DNA of 64,000 bases from Mobula hypostoma (Eukaryota), in contig NC_086108.1 in NCBI RefSeq assembly GCF_963921235.1, forward strand, positions 37,326,001 through 37,390,000, written 5' to 3'. A program made the position numbers and the translations under genes. Below, piece by piece: positions 47,247 through 60,820 of the stretch (position 1 is the first letter of the stretch; each line of letters opens with the position of its first letter). The notes under the pieces are model-generated. The model had not been told where the DNA came from, ran no database searches, and was given only the letters and a program-made list of their open reading frames with translations.

Positions 47247-49608
47247 GTGAGTTGTTTTCACTACCCCACCATGGTAGTCTACTAAGCTCTGGCACATATG
47301 GTAGCTACAATTTCTGTCTCAAACCAGCTTCTGACGGGTACGTCCTAACGGTGGAATGTCAACATGGTTCCAGTCTGAGATAGAGCCAGTGGTGTTTGCA
47401 TTAATTGTTTCTGCCAGACTGAGATTGAGATATCTACAGTAACAAAGTAACAATGGTTTGTGTCCTGTTTGGTAGTATTAGTGATCAGAAGCAATCCATA
47501 GTAACTGGTGTTTTGGGCCTCTTCCACTATTCTATAAGATCATGACTGATTATCTCCCTCACCAAACTTAAAATCCCTTGATCCCTTCACTATCCATAAA
47601 ACTAACTTCATGTTCAAGATGGCTTGTTTATCCTTTTCACGCAGAAGGAGGTGGTCAGGAGCCATTTACTTCTTTAGTTCCCCCTTGGTGGTAATGTTGG
47701 GAGACAAAACTTCTATTTGATGCAGTTATACGATATTTTGCCAAGGCCAGCATTTATTGCCCATCTTTAATTTACTGCTGTGTGTCTGATTAAGGTTCTC
47801 CTGGATGGGAAGATCCAGGAGTAATAGACCTGATGATGTTGAAGTATTTGGACCAGCCTGTAGCTTGGAGAAGAAGTTTTGGGAGATGCCATTGGGAAAG
47901 TTTTGCTGAGTAACAACAGTAATATTGAGTAATATTGTGAATGTAGGGACTATAGTCATGGTGCACCAGCAATTGAAGGAATTAATCTTCAGCTGGTGGA
48001 TATGATGTTGAATAAATTGACCATAATTTCAAAAGTCATTTCCTTTATACATCACTCTCTTGCATGCTCTGCTTTCAAATGTCCTTTCCTTTGCATATGA
48101 CTTCCTCAAAAAATGTTCTCCTTTCTCACCCCTCTCTTTGCGCAAACTTCCACAGCGTACCTTGCCTCTGCAACACCACTCTACTGTATTTTGGAAATGA
48201 CATTGAACAAAATGTTGCTTGCACTCTTTACACACACAATAATGTCATCATCATCTGTATCTTCTGCTTATTTATAAGCTACACACACGTGGTCCGTGTC
48301 CCATTCCCTAGGTGCCGCTTTCCCTGCATTCTTTACTTGTACTCTCCTGCACTTAGTTTCCATGTACTTCCTTGGGAATAAACCTCTTTTTTTCTTCCCT
48401 TGCCAATCCTGGAAAGTTATCCCTTGAATAAGCCTTCTCTTTACAACTCCTGACTCCACCCAGCCCTTTGATGATGTACTCCTACCCTAATTCCTTTCTC
48501 TTTAATCCATCTCCTCTGCATAACCTCACATCTACTGAACTAAATTTTTCATTTCACAGCCTCTGGGTTTTCATGTATCCCTTCTGTTTAATGCATAAAG
48601 TGAATTTAACAAACCTTTGATAGATGCAGCATATCAAAGCAAATGGAGTCAATCTTCCAAATGCTGCAAGGGTATTTTACTAACTGAATATCTTAAACTC
48701 TATGCATCTGAGAGTTGCACAGAAGTGTGAAGACAGAAATCCCTTTATATCTTCTACAAAAAAAAGAACTCTTTATTAAACAAAAGCAATCTTCGGAGGT
48801 TTCTCACCATTGATGAACAGCAGTATATAATCCTTAGAAATCCAGTTTAAAACATGATTGGTGGCATTTGTGATCTTCTATAATTACACCATTACTTTGG
48901 TTAAGCTTTGGTCATTACTGTCACACTCCAGTAGAGTGGAAGACACCTTTCCAAATTCTCCATATTCCCACAAAATGTATATCATGGTTTAAATCCAGAA
49001 GAACCACAAATCCCATCCTATCTGATGTCTGTGGTCACAAAGGGCTATTTGTTAGGGAATTAATCTGCATAAATTATTCATAAAGACTGCCACTCTTTAT
49101 CCACTATGTCAGCTCTTGCTTCTTCCAGGAGCTCAGGCTCTGTGACCCAATTCAAATCATGTGCTTATGTTCAATACATGGAAATGTAGAGAAGATTGAT
49201 GGTTACAGCAGCTGAACTACTTACAGTCATTGTAGCTTCTTATTTCCAGGATTAGGACACACAGCCCTCTACCCATTTCATACTTGATCTGTGTGTACGT
49301 TACTGCAATATATTTCCTCTTTCTTTTTTTTTAATTTAACAACTGGCAGGGATAGCACAGCTGCTCTTGATCAGGATTAAGTCCCGGTGTACGTGAGTGG
49401 AGAGTAAACACCATTGATAAGAAATTTTGTTTTTCATCAAATGCTGTAAAACAACAAAGTGGGAATGATTACAATTTTGAACCCTACCAAGAATTACTGA
49501 ACACCCTGAAATAACAGGACAATCTGCAATCTGCACAACAGAAAGTACTACCATTTATTTAATGAGCATAGTATTGAAAAAACACATTTCCAGCTGATTT
49601 TAGCCTAA

Positions 49609-51905
49609 AAGACATAAGACCATAAGACCATAAGACAAAGGAGCAGAAGTAGGCCATTCGGCCCATCGAGTCTGCTCCGCCATTTTATCATGAGCTGATC
49701 TATTTTATCCTATTTAGTTCCACTGCCCCGCCTTCTCACCATAACCATAGATGCCCTGGCTACTCAGATACCTATCAATCTCTGCCTTAAGTACACCCAA
49801 TGACTTGGCCTCCACTGCTGCCTGTGGCAACAAATTCCATAGATTCACCACCCTCTGACTAAAAAATGTTTTTGCATTTCTGTTCTGAAAGGGCGCCCTT
49901 CAATCCTGAAGTCATGCCCTCTCGTACTAGACTCCCCCATCATGGGAAACAACTTTGCCACATCCACTCTGTCCATGCCTTTTAACATTCGAAATGTTTC
50001 TATGAGGTCTCCCCTCATTCTTCTAAACTCCAAGGAATACAGTCCAAGAGCGGACAAACGTTCCTCATATGTTAACCCTCTCTTTCCCGGAATCATTCTA
50101 GTGAATCTTCTCTGTACCCTCTCCAACGTCAGCACATCCTTTCTTAAATAAGGAGACCAAAACTGCCCACAGTACTCCAAGTGAGGTCTCACCAGCACCT
50201 TATAGAGCCTCAACATCACATCCTTGCTCCTATACTCTATTCCTCTAGAAATGAAGGCCAACATTGCATTCGCCTTCTTCACTACCAACTCAACCTGGAG
50301 GTTAACTTTAAGGGAATCCTATACGAGGACTCCCAAGTCCCGTTGCATCTCAGAACTTTGAATTCTTTCCCCATTTAAATAATAGTCTGCCCGTTTATTT
50401 TTTCTGCCAAAGTGCATAACCATACACTTTCCAACATTGTACTTCATTTGCCACTTCTCTGCCCATTCTTCCAATCTATCCAAGTCTCTCTGCAGACTCT
50501 CCGTTTCCTCAGCACTACCGGCCCCTCCACCTATCTTCTTATCGTCAGCAAACTTAGCCACAAAGCCATTTATTCCATAATCCAAATCGTTGATGTACAA
50601 TGTAAAAAGAAGCGGCCCCAACACTGATCCCTGTGGAACACCACTGGTAACCGGCAGCCAACCAGAATAGGATCCCTTTATTCCCACTCTCTGTTTCCTG
50701 CCAATCAGCCAACGCTGTATCCACGTATGTAACTTTCCTGTAATTCCATGGGCTCTTATCTTGTTAAGCAGCCTCATGTGTGGCACCTTGTCAAACGCCT
50801 TCTGAAAATCCAAATATACAACATCCACTGCATCTCCCTTGTCTAGCCTACTAGTAATTTCCTCAAAAAATTGTAATAGGTTTGTCAGGCAGGATTTTCC
50901 TTTAAGGAATCCATGCTGAGTTCTGCCTATCTTGTCATATGCCTCCAGGTACTCTGTAACCTCATCCTTGACAATCGACTCCAACAACTTCCCAACCACT
51001 GACGTCAAGCTAACAGGTCTATAATTTCCTTTTTACTTCCTTGCCCCCTTCTTAAATAGCGGAGTGACATTTGCAATCTTCCAGTCTTCCGGAACAATGC
51101 CAGAATCAATCAACTTTTGAAAGATCATCGCTAATGCCTCCGCAATCTCCACAGCTACTTCCTTCAGAACACGAGGGTGCATTCCATCTGGTCCAGGAGA
51201 TTTATCGACCTTTAGCTTATTCAGCTTCCTGAGTACTTTCTCTGTCGTAATTGTGACTGCGCGCACTTCTCTTCCCTGCCACCCTTGAGTGTCCGGTATC
51301 CTGCTGTCTTCCTCAGTGAAGACTGATGCAAAATACTTGTTCAGTTCCTCTGCCATCTTCTCATCTCCCATTACAATTTCTCCAGTATCATTTTCTATCG
51401 GTCCTATATCTACTCTCACCTGTCTTTTACTCGTTATATACTTGAAAAAGCTTTTAGTATCCTCTTTGATATTATTTGCTAGTTTCCTTTCATAGTTAAT
51501 CTTTTCTCTCTTAATGACCTTCTTGGTTTCTTTTTGTAAGGTTTTAAAGACTTCCCAATCCTCTGTCTTCCCACTAATTTTTGCTTCCTTGTATGCCCTC
51601 TCCTTTGCTTTAATTTTGGTTTTGACTTCTCTTGTCAACCACGGTTGCATCCTTTTTTCACTCGAAAATTTCTTCTTTTTTGGAATATACCTGTCTTGCA
51701 CATTCCTCATTTCTCGCATAAACTCCAGCCACTGCTGCTCTGCCGTCATTCCCGCCAGTGTCCCTTTCCAGTCAACTTTGGCCAGTTCCCCTCTCATGCC
51801 ACTGTAGTTTCCTTTACTCCACTGAAACACCGACACATCAGATTTCGGCTTCTCTTTTTCTAATTTCACAGTGAACTCAATCATGTTATGATTACTGCCT
51901 CCTAA
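49609..51905 (-). mobile_element. Young 5'-truncated CR1 LINE
   Basis: ORFs 51033-51884, 50319-51008 and 49845-50288 share one frame and are separated by single stops; (tcttatgg)3 tail; probable cctaa TSD or microhomology at 49604-49608 and 51901-51905. Confidence 0.95.
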
Positions 51906-52089
51906 CTTTCTTGGTTAGAAAGTTAACCAAGTTAGAAACTTGGTTAAGTTAGAAACAAGTTAAAACAAAATAGAAATTAATATATAATGAGCTGCAACTT
52001 CCAGATTGTACAATACAAAACCCTTTAATTTCTTCTTTGATTCTTTTAGAAGAAAAAACTGAAACCAAAAAGGAGCTGGAGTCACCTTA

Positions 52090-54620
52090 ATATTAAAGAA
52101 TGGGTTAAAATGAGCAGGGAGAAAAGAATCTTAACGCAAGTCAACAAGTAAAGTGAAGCTTAGAAATGGGTAGACAATATGAATGGGAGTTACATATGGA
52201 TTTCATTCCATAGCAGTAATGTAGGGCATCATATCATTTGGGAAGTTAAAGGTTCATGCAACAAGAGAAATAGAGTAAAGGTGCAGGATTTTAATCAAGA
52301 AACCTGAATATGGAGGATGAGTACCAGGATGTGCTTAAGAGATGGTTCTGGTTCCAGATCATCATTTTTTTTAGTGCAGGTATTGTGTACTAAAAGGGTT
52401 TAATTAATAATCTGGTAAATAAAGGCCCTTTTGTGAATAATAGTCACAACATGAAATAGGGCAATTTAACCTGGATGTTCACCCTTCAATCTGAATAAAA
52501 CAAACTAAGAAGACACGAGGTATGATTGGAAAGCTGAATTTAAAGGTATGGCTGAAACCAAGCAATGGCTTCTGGAAGTGTTTAGGACCAGAGGGTACAG
52601 CCCCAGAATAGAAGTTACTTTAGAATAGAGAGGAAGAAGGTGGCAAACCTGTGGAATTCATTGCCACAGCTGCATAGGCAAAGTCATTGGGTATATTTTT
52701 TATGTGGTACTTAATTAGTAAAGGTGTCAAAGATTACAAAGAGAAGGTAGGAGAATGGGGTTGAGAGGGAAAATAAATCAGACATGATCGACTGGTTCAG
52801 CAGACTCAATGGGCTGAATGGCCTGAATCTGTCCATATGTCTTATGGCTAAAATTTAAAGAGTTAATATTTAGTTTGCAATGTTTCCTCCTTACAGTAAA
52901 AGTAAGAAAAATAATCCAGCCATGGTTATATAAAAAAAAGCGAAAGATGGTATTAGATCGGAAAAGGTATGCAATTTTGCCTGAGGATTGGGATCATTTT
53001 AGAACTCAGCAGATGAGGATTAAAACATGATAAAGAAAGGAACAGAGAAAAATATAAAAAGAGATTGTAAGAGATTTTATAGATAAATACTGTATGTACA
53101 AAGAAAAATATGCTAAAATTTCAGAGAGTGAGATATGAGAAAACATAATGTGGAATAGAAATTATAATGTGGCAGAGAACTTAAACATCTTGCGTTCACA
53201 GAAAAATAAATGAAAAACCTCCCAGAAATACTGAACTATAGGCTCCGAGAACAAGGAGCTAAAAAAACGATTAATAAAAGAAAATGTTAGAGAAATTAAT
53301 AGGATTAGAAGGCAATAAATCCCCAGCCTCTCTCCTAGGTTTTCAAAGAGATGTAGATGATGGATGCATTTGTTGTCAACTTCCACAATTCTAAACATCT
53401 AAGAGCAGTTTGCAGATTAGAAGGCTGCAAATATAACCCCACCAGTTTTAAAAAGAGGAGAGTTAATAGGGAACAATATACCTGTTAGACTGGTAACAGC
53501 AGGAGGAAAATGCTGAGAGAGAGAGATGATGCTAAGGAATTGGTAACAGTGCAGTTAGGCAAATAGTAATTGATTTGGACAAAGCATAAAAGAGAAATTA
53601 TGTTTAACAGATTTGTTTTGAGTTTCTTTTGAGAGAATTCGTAAGAGCAAACCAGTTGATGTGTTGCGTTTACATTTTCAGAAGACTTTTGATATGGTGC
53701 TCCATGATAATTTATTTAACAAAATTAAAGCTAATGGAATTGGAGATCATATACTAATATGAATATAAAAATTGATTTATGAACAGAAAATATGATAAGA
53801 ATGTACAGAATGTTTTTGGTTTGGGAGATTGTGATTATTGAGATGCAACAAGGATAGGTGCCGAGACCCCAGCTGTTCACAATATGTGAGCTGTTGATGG
53901 TATATATCATTGAGTTGTGTCATTGAGTTATGTAAAGGATCAAGTGTAATATATACAAATTTGATGTGAGAAGGATGCAGAAATGGACAAGGAAAAGCAG
54001 ATGAAATGTAATGTAGAATGTTTCATATCATCTAATTTGTTAGAAAAGCATCTGAGTAGCAAGGTACTTTCTTGTGAGAGGTTAAAACATACTAATGTTC
54101 AGAGGAATCTAGTGTCCTTGAATTATAAATCATTGAAAGATTATACAGAGGGAGAGCAAGACTTTAAGAAGGTAGATGCAATTTTGCCTTCATTGCAAGA
54201 GGATTTACTTAAAAGTACAGAGATTTCATGGTCTGATTGTATAGGGAATTAGTGAAAAACAACTGAAATACTTTGTATAGATGTGGCCTCCCTTCCTATG
54301 GTAGGATATTCTTTCAACTGAAAAAGTGTCCGGAAGGTTCATCAGATTGATTCCTGAGACGATGGATTTGTTAAATAAGGAAAGATTAAGAATAGCTCTG
54401 TTGAGTTGTCCACTTTAGTTTAGAAGACTGACAGGTGATCTCACTGGGAGAGATACAAGTATATAATTCTTAAGAAGTGCAACAGCTTAGAGTTGGGGTG
54501 ACTAGAACCAGGGATCACTATCTCAAAATAAAGGATAGACAAGAGATGTTTTTTACTCTGAGAATAGTAAGTCTTTAGATTTCTCTATTGGAGAAAAATC
54601 TGAAGGCTCTGTTGTTTTCT
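52090..54620 (+). mobile_element. Very old CR1 LINE, with a CR1 3' fragment nested at about 52575-52850
   Basis: Decayed RT motifs (ccagttgatgtgttgcgtttacattttcagaagacttttgatatggtgc; agattgattcctgagacgatgg); the nested fragment ends atgtcttatgg. Confidence 0.7.
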
Positions 54621-55109
54621 GGTTCTTGTAAGACTTTGCCTTCTTTGATATCAGATAAGTCTTAGCAAAAGCATGTTTAAAGGTAAGTTATTGTAAGGAT
54701 GGTTTATGTGCATCTGGATCATGGATGTCACCCAGAATACAAACTCTATTCCTTTAAGTTCATTTTACCATACTTCCGAGTCCATGCTTGATTTTGAACT
54801 AATGTTATTGACTCTTATATCCAAAAGGCTTTTAGGTGCTGTCAGATAGAGGTGAGAGCATTCACATGTCTAAACATTCATCAAGTGGTCTAATTCTCCT
54901 TAATGAAGAATGCAGATTGATTAGTATGATCAAGTAATTATTGCCCACCTAGTTAGTCCCATTATTGTAACATGCAACTATTAAAATCAAAGCTACCATA
55001 GAAACCATAGAAAAATTATAGCACAGAAACAGGCCTTTTGGCCCTTCTTGGCTGTGCTGAACCATTTTCTGCCTAGTCCCACTGACCTGCACACGGACCA
55101 TATCCCTCC

Positions 55110-57890
55110 ATACACCTCCCATCCGTGTATCTGTCCAATTTATTCTTAAATGTTAAAAAAGACCCGCATTTACCACCTCGTCTGGCAGCTCATTCCACAC
55201 TCCCACCACTCTCTGTGTGAAGAAGCCCCCCCCCCCCAATATTCCCTTTAAGCTTTTCCCCCTACACCCTTAACCCATGTTCTGGTTTTTTTTCTCCCCT
55301 TGCCTCAGTGGAAAAAGCCTGCTTGCATTCACTCTATCTATACCCGTCATAATTTTATATACCTCTATCAAATCTCCCCTCATTCTTCTACGCTCCAGGG
55401 AATAAAGTCCTAACCTATTCACCCTTTCTCTGTAACTGAGATTCTCAAGTCCCGGCAACATCCTTGGAAACCTCTGCGCTCTTTCAACCTTATTAATATC
55501 CTTCTTGTAATTTGGTGACCAAAGCTGAACACAATACTCCAGATTCGGCCTCACCAATACCTTATACAACCTCATCATAACATTCCAGCTCTTATACGCA
55601 ATACAGTACTTTGATTAATAAAGGCCAATGTACCAAAAGCTCTCTTTATGACCCTATCTACCTGTGATGCCACTTTTAGGGAATTTTGTATCTGTATTCC
55701 CAGATCCCTCTGTTCTACTGCACTCCTCAGTGCCTTATTATTTACCCTATATGTTCTACCTTGGTTTGTCCTTCCAAAGAGCAATACCTCACACTTGTCT
55801 GTATTAAAGTCCATCTGCCATTTTTCAGCCAATTTTCCAGCTGGTCCAAGTCCCTCTACAAGCTTTGAAAACCTTCTTCACTGTCCACTACACCTCCAAT
55901 CTTTTCTATCATCAGCAAATTTACTGATCCAATTTACCACATTATCATTCAGATCATTGATATAGATGACAAATAACAATGGACCCAGCGCTGATCCCTG
56001 TGGCACACCACTAGTCACAGGCCTCCACTCTGAGAAGCAATCCTCTACTACCACTCTTTGGCTTCTTCCATTGAGCCAATGGCCAATCCAATTTACCACC
56101 TCTCCATGTATACCTAGCGACTGAATTTTCCTAACTAACCTCCCATGCGGGACCTTGTCAAAGGCCTTACTGAAGTCCACGTAGACAACATCCACTGCCT
56201 TCCCTTCATCCACTTTCCTGGTAACCTCCTCGAAAACTCCAATAGATTGGTCAAACATGACCTACCACGCACAAAGCTATGTTGACTCTCTCTAATAAGT
56301 CCCTGTCTATCCAGATGCTTGTAGATTCTGTCTCTTAGTATTCCCTCCAATAACTTACCCACTACCAACGTCAAACTTACCGGCCTGTAATTTTCCGGAT
56401 TAATTTTCGATCCTTTTTTAAACAACGGAACAACACGAGCCATTCTCCAATCTTCCGGCACCTCATCGGTAGACACCGACATTTTAAATATACCTGCCAG
56501 GGCCCCTGCAATTTCAACACTATTCTCCTTCAAGATCCGAGGGAATACCGTCAGGTCTTGGGGATTTATCCACTTTAATTTGCTTCAAAATAGCAAGCAC
56601 CTCCTCCTTTTCAATCTGTACAGTTTCCATGATCTCACTACTTGTTTCCCTTAATTCAATAGACTTCATGCCAGTTTCCTCAGGAAATACAGATGCAAAA
56701 ACCCATTTAAGATCTCCCACTTTTCTTCTGGTTCCGCATATAGTCGACCACTCTGATTTTCAAGAGGACCAGTTTTATCCCTTACAATCCTTTTACTCTA
56801 AATATACCTGTATATTTAGAAGCTCTTTGGATTATCCTTCACTTTGACTGCCAACGCAACCTCATGTCTTCTTTTAGCCCTCCTGATTTCCTTCTTGTAT
56901 TTTCTTGCACTTTTTATACTCCTTAAGCACCCTATTTACTCCGTTTCCTATACATGTCATACAACTCTCTCTTCTTCTTTATCAGAGTTGCAATATCCCT
57001 TGAGAACCAATGTTCCTTATTCCTATTCACTTTGCCTTTAATCCTGACAGGAACATACAAGCTCTGCACTCTCAAATTTTCTCCTTTGAAGGCTTCCCAC
57101 TTACCAATCACATCCTTGCCAGAGAACAACCTGTCCCAATCCACGCTTTTTAGATCCTTTCTCATTTCTTCATATTTGGCCTTCTTCCAGTTTAGAACCT
57201 CAACCCTAGGACCAGATCTATCTTTATCTGTGATCAAGTTGAAACTAATGGTGTTATGATCACTGGAACCAAACTGCTCCCCTACACACACTTCCATCAC
57301 TTGTCCTAACTCATTTTCTAATAGGAGATCTAATATTGCACCCTCTCTAGCTGGTACCTCTATATATTGATTTAGAAAACTTTCCTGAACACATTTTACA
57401 AACTCTAACCCATCTGGACCCCTAACAGTATGGGAGTCCTAGTCAATATGTGGAAAATTAAAATCCCCTACCACCACAACTTTATGTTTCCTGCAGTTGC
57501 CTGCTATCTTTCTGCAGATTTGCTCCTCCAATTCTCGTTGACTATTGGGTGGTCTATAATACAATCCCACTAATGTGGCCATACCTTTCCTGTTTCTCAG
57601 CTCCACCCATAAGGACTCAGTAGACAAGCCCTCTAATCTGTCCTGCCTCAGCACTGCTGTAATATTTTCCCTGAAAAGCAATGCTACCCCCCCACCTTTC
57701 ATTCCTCTGCCTCGATCACATCTGAAACATTGGAACCCTGGAATATTAAGCTGCTAGTCCTGCCCCTCCTGTAGCCAAGTTTCACTAATTGCTATAACGT
57801 CATAATTTCACGTGTCAATCCACACCCTCAACTCATCTGCCTTCCCCACAATACTCCTAGCATTGCAATACATACACCTCAGAAGATTTT
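55110..57890 (-). pseudogene. CR1 ORF2 (APE endonuclease + RT), multiply frameshifted
   Basis: [72 protein letters not shown]. Confidence 0.92.
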
Positions 57891-57989
57891 TACCACCACT
57901 CACAACCTTTCTATTAGCGGATTTGCTTGAACTTTTAACATCATTTATTTTCACCCCAGCCACACTGTCAGCTCTGGCACTCTGGTTCC

Positions 57990-58935
57990 CATCCCTCTGC
58001 AAATCTAGTTTAAAGCCTCCCCAACAGTACTAACAAACCTCCCTGAAAGGATATTGGTCCCCTTGTAGTTCAAGTGTAACCCGTCTCTCTAGTACAGGTC
58101 CCACCTGCCCCAGAAGAGGTCCCAATGATCCTGAAATCTGAAACCCTGCCCCCTACACCAGTTCCTCAGCCACTTGTTCATCCTCCAGAGCATCCTATTC
58201 TTACCCTCACTGGCACGTGGCACAGGTGGTATTCCTGAAATTACCACCCTCGAGGTCCTGCTTTTCAGCTTCCTACCAAGCTCTCTATACTCACTCTCCA
58301 GGACCTCCTCACTCTTCCTTGCTATGTCATTGGTACCGATGTGCACCACGACATCTGGCTAGTCACCCTCCCACTTCAGAATGTCATGCAAGCGATCAGA
58401 GACATCCTTGACCTTGGCACCCGGGAGGCAACAAACCATCCTGGATTCTCTGTCACGACCACAAAACCTCCTATCTGCATCTCTAACTATCGAGTCCCCT
58501 ATCACTACCGCTCTCCTCTTTTTCCACCCTCCCTTCTGCACTGCAGAACCAGACTCAGTGCCAGAGATCTGGCTGCTGCAGCTTGTCCCAGGTAAGTCAT
58601 CCCCCCAACAGTATCCAATGTGGTATACTTGTTGTTGAGGGGAATGGCCACAGGAGAACCCTGCTCTGCCTGCCTTTCCCCTTCCCTCGCCTGACAGTGA
58701 CCCAATTTCCTGTGCTCTGCTCCTTTGGCATAACTACCTCCCTGTAACTACTATCTATAATCTCCTCATTCTCCCGAATAATCCGGAAGTCATCCAGCTC
58801 CTGCACCAGTTCCCTAACGCGGTTTGTTAGGAGCTGCAGCTAGATACACTTCTTGCAGGTGTCGTTGTCAGGGACACCGGAGGGCTCCCTGACTTCCCAC
58901 ATCCTGCAAGAGGAGCATTCCAACATCCTGTCTGG
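57990..58935 (-). pseudogene. CR1 ORF1: zinc finger/coiled coil plus SGNH (GDSL-like) esterase domain
   Basis: SCRMWE...TCKKC, ELDDFRIIR, AVVIGDSIVR, VCCLPGAKV, VHIGTND, VVISGIPPVP, HWDLFWGR motifs; contains stops and frameshifts. Confidence 0.88.
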
Positions 58936-59569
58936 CATTCTCTCTACTCTAAACTATCTGGACAAAAAACTTACTGGAACCTACCCTGGCCTCTGCCTGT
59001 TCTCGCCAAAGCCTGTTGAGCCAAAGCCATCCCACTCTGCTCCCTCTCACTCTGCTGCCCGCTCACAACAATGCCCGCTGTGTATGGTGGTCTGTTTTTA
59101 AACCTTGGCGCGCTACGTCATGCACCTGCGCAGTGCAAACCCTTCTCCCTAAGCAGTGTTTAAAAAAAAGACTTTTTGTACCCGATTTCTTCTCTCCCTT
59201 CTTCGCAGTTGCTTGCTTCGACTGAAACAAGAACCACTGAAAATTTCTCTTTTTAAACCTTGGCACGCTATGTCACACACCTGCACAGTGAAGACCCTTC
59301 TCCCCAGATTCGTAATCTTTTCCTTTGGTCCTTGATCACTCCAATGGCAAATGACGCTTTGATGCAGAAACAGAACTCAATTGCTAAAATTTCTACTGCA
59401 CTGGAAAAATCAATATAAAGCAGCATATAGCAACTTTTCTTGTCACTTCCAGTAAGCAGGACACTTCTCAGCTTATCTTCAGACATGAACTTTCAAAGAT
59501 CTCCCTTTTTATAAACTGCAGAAATTTAGCCAGTTACACCCAATGTGAGAGGCAGAATAGGAATAAATG

Positions 59570-60000
59570 GGTATTGGTATTGCTTTATTATTGTCACTTT
59601 TACCAAGATACAGTGAAAAGCTTGTCTTGCACACTGTTCATACAAATCAGATCATGACACAATGGATGAGGTAGAACAAGGTAAACAATAACAGTGCAGA
59701 ATAAAGTGGAACAGCTTCAGAGAAAGTGCGGTGCAGGTAAACAATGGAATGCAAGTTCATAGCAAGGTAGATTGTGAGGTCAATAGCCTGGTAGTAGGCG
59801 TTTGTATTTTCTGCAAGATGGTAAAGGGGAGAAGAGAGATGGGGTGGGTGGGGTCTTTGATTATGCAAGTTGCCTTAATGAAGCAGCAAAAGGTATAGTC
59901 AGAGTCAATGGAGGGGTGACTCGTTCCTGTAATGTGTTGAGCATGTCACCAGTTCTCCACAGTTTCTGGCGGTCACATGTGGAGCAGTTGCTATAACAAG
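59570..60000 (-). mobile_element. Rex1/Babar-like LINE 3' end with (aatacc)n tail
   Basis: ggtattggtattgctttattattgtcac terminus; decayed C-terminal coding sequence homologous to 28000-28200. Confidence 0.65.
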
Positions 60001-60139
60001 TTTACAGCTTGATACATGGGGTACTGCAGGGATGAGTGCTTGGTTTTCTGCTATTCAGGATATGATGATTTGGATGTAGGAACGCAATGTAATAGTTCAA
60101 AGAACATTTGCTGACAACAACAAAATAGTGGGGATTGTG

Positions 60140-60820
60140 AGTGTACTTGGATACCAGTCGCTGAAAACAAACATGGATTTGTAGCAAGTAGACTGATCTT
60201 CATAGCAAGAAGTTTGAGTACAGGAATACTGATGGCTTTGACACAGTAACAGTGGCTTTAGTGAGACTATCATTATAGTATTGTGTGTGGCTTTAGTTTC
60301 CCTACCTCAGAAAGGATATACAGCAGTAGCAAACAAGAGAAATTCACTTGACTGAGTCCTGAGGTGAGTGGAATTGTTGTATGAAGAGAGATTAGGTGGG
60401 CTAGTTTCTAGATTAGAGTTTAAGGGCCTTGCACACATTATGAGCAAAACAAAGGATAAAAAGAGGATGCAAGTTTGGCCTCTTCTCTCAAAAACAGATT
60501 TTAATTTTTGATGGCCTGCCTTGCCAGCAGCAGGGATGACCTTGAAGAATTGTTTAAATTTTGCGTGGCATAGATAATGGGGATGGTAAAGGACTTTTCA
60601 CCAAGAGTAGAAGCATCTGAAACTGAGGGGCATATGGAATGAGCTGCCAGAGGAATTGTTTGAGGCAGGTATAGTAACAATAAATTATATCATTGCACTT
60701 GGAGTATGGAGGGATATAGGCCAAACTCAAGAAATTGGGACAAGGTAGGTGGGCAATGTGGTTAGAATGGTCTTGTTGGGCCCAAAGTGACTGTATCTGT
60801 GATGTATTGCTCCATGACTC
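60140..60820 (+). mobile_element. Old CR1 3' fragment(s)
   Basis: catagcaagaagtttgagtacagg, cctacctcagaaaggatata and tggaatgagctgccagagg motifs, and a tail ending ccatgactcta. Confidence 0.65.

Larger units (their letters stand above)
54997..59304 (-). mobile_element. Near full-length CR1 LINE (5' UTR, ORF1, ORF2, tail), frameshifted
   Basis: Continuous domain order: 5' UTR 59304-58940, ORF1, EN, RT, and a (ttctatgg)2 tail at 54997-55012. Confidence 0.95.
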
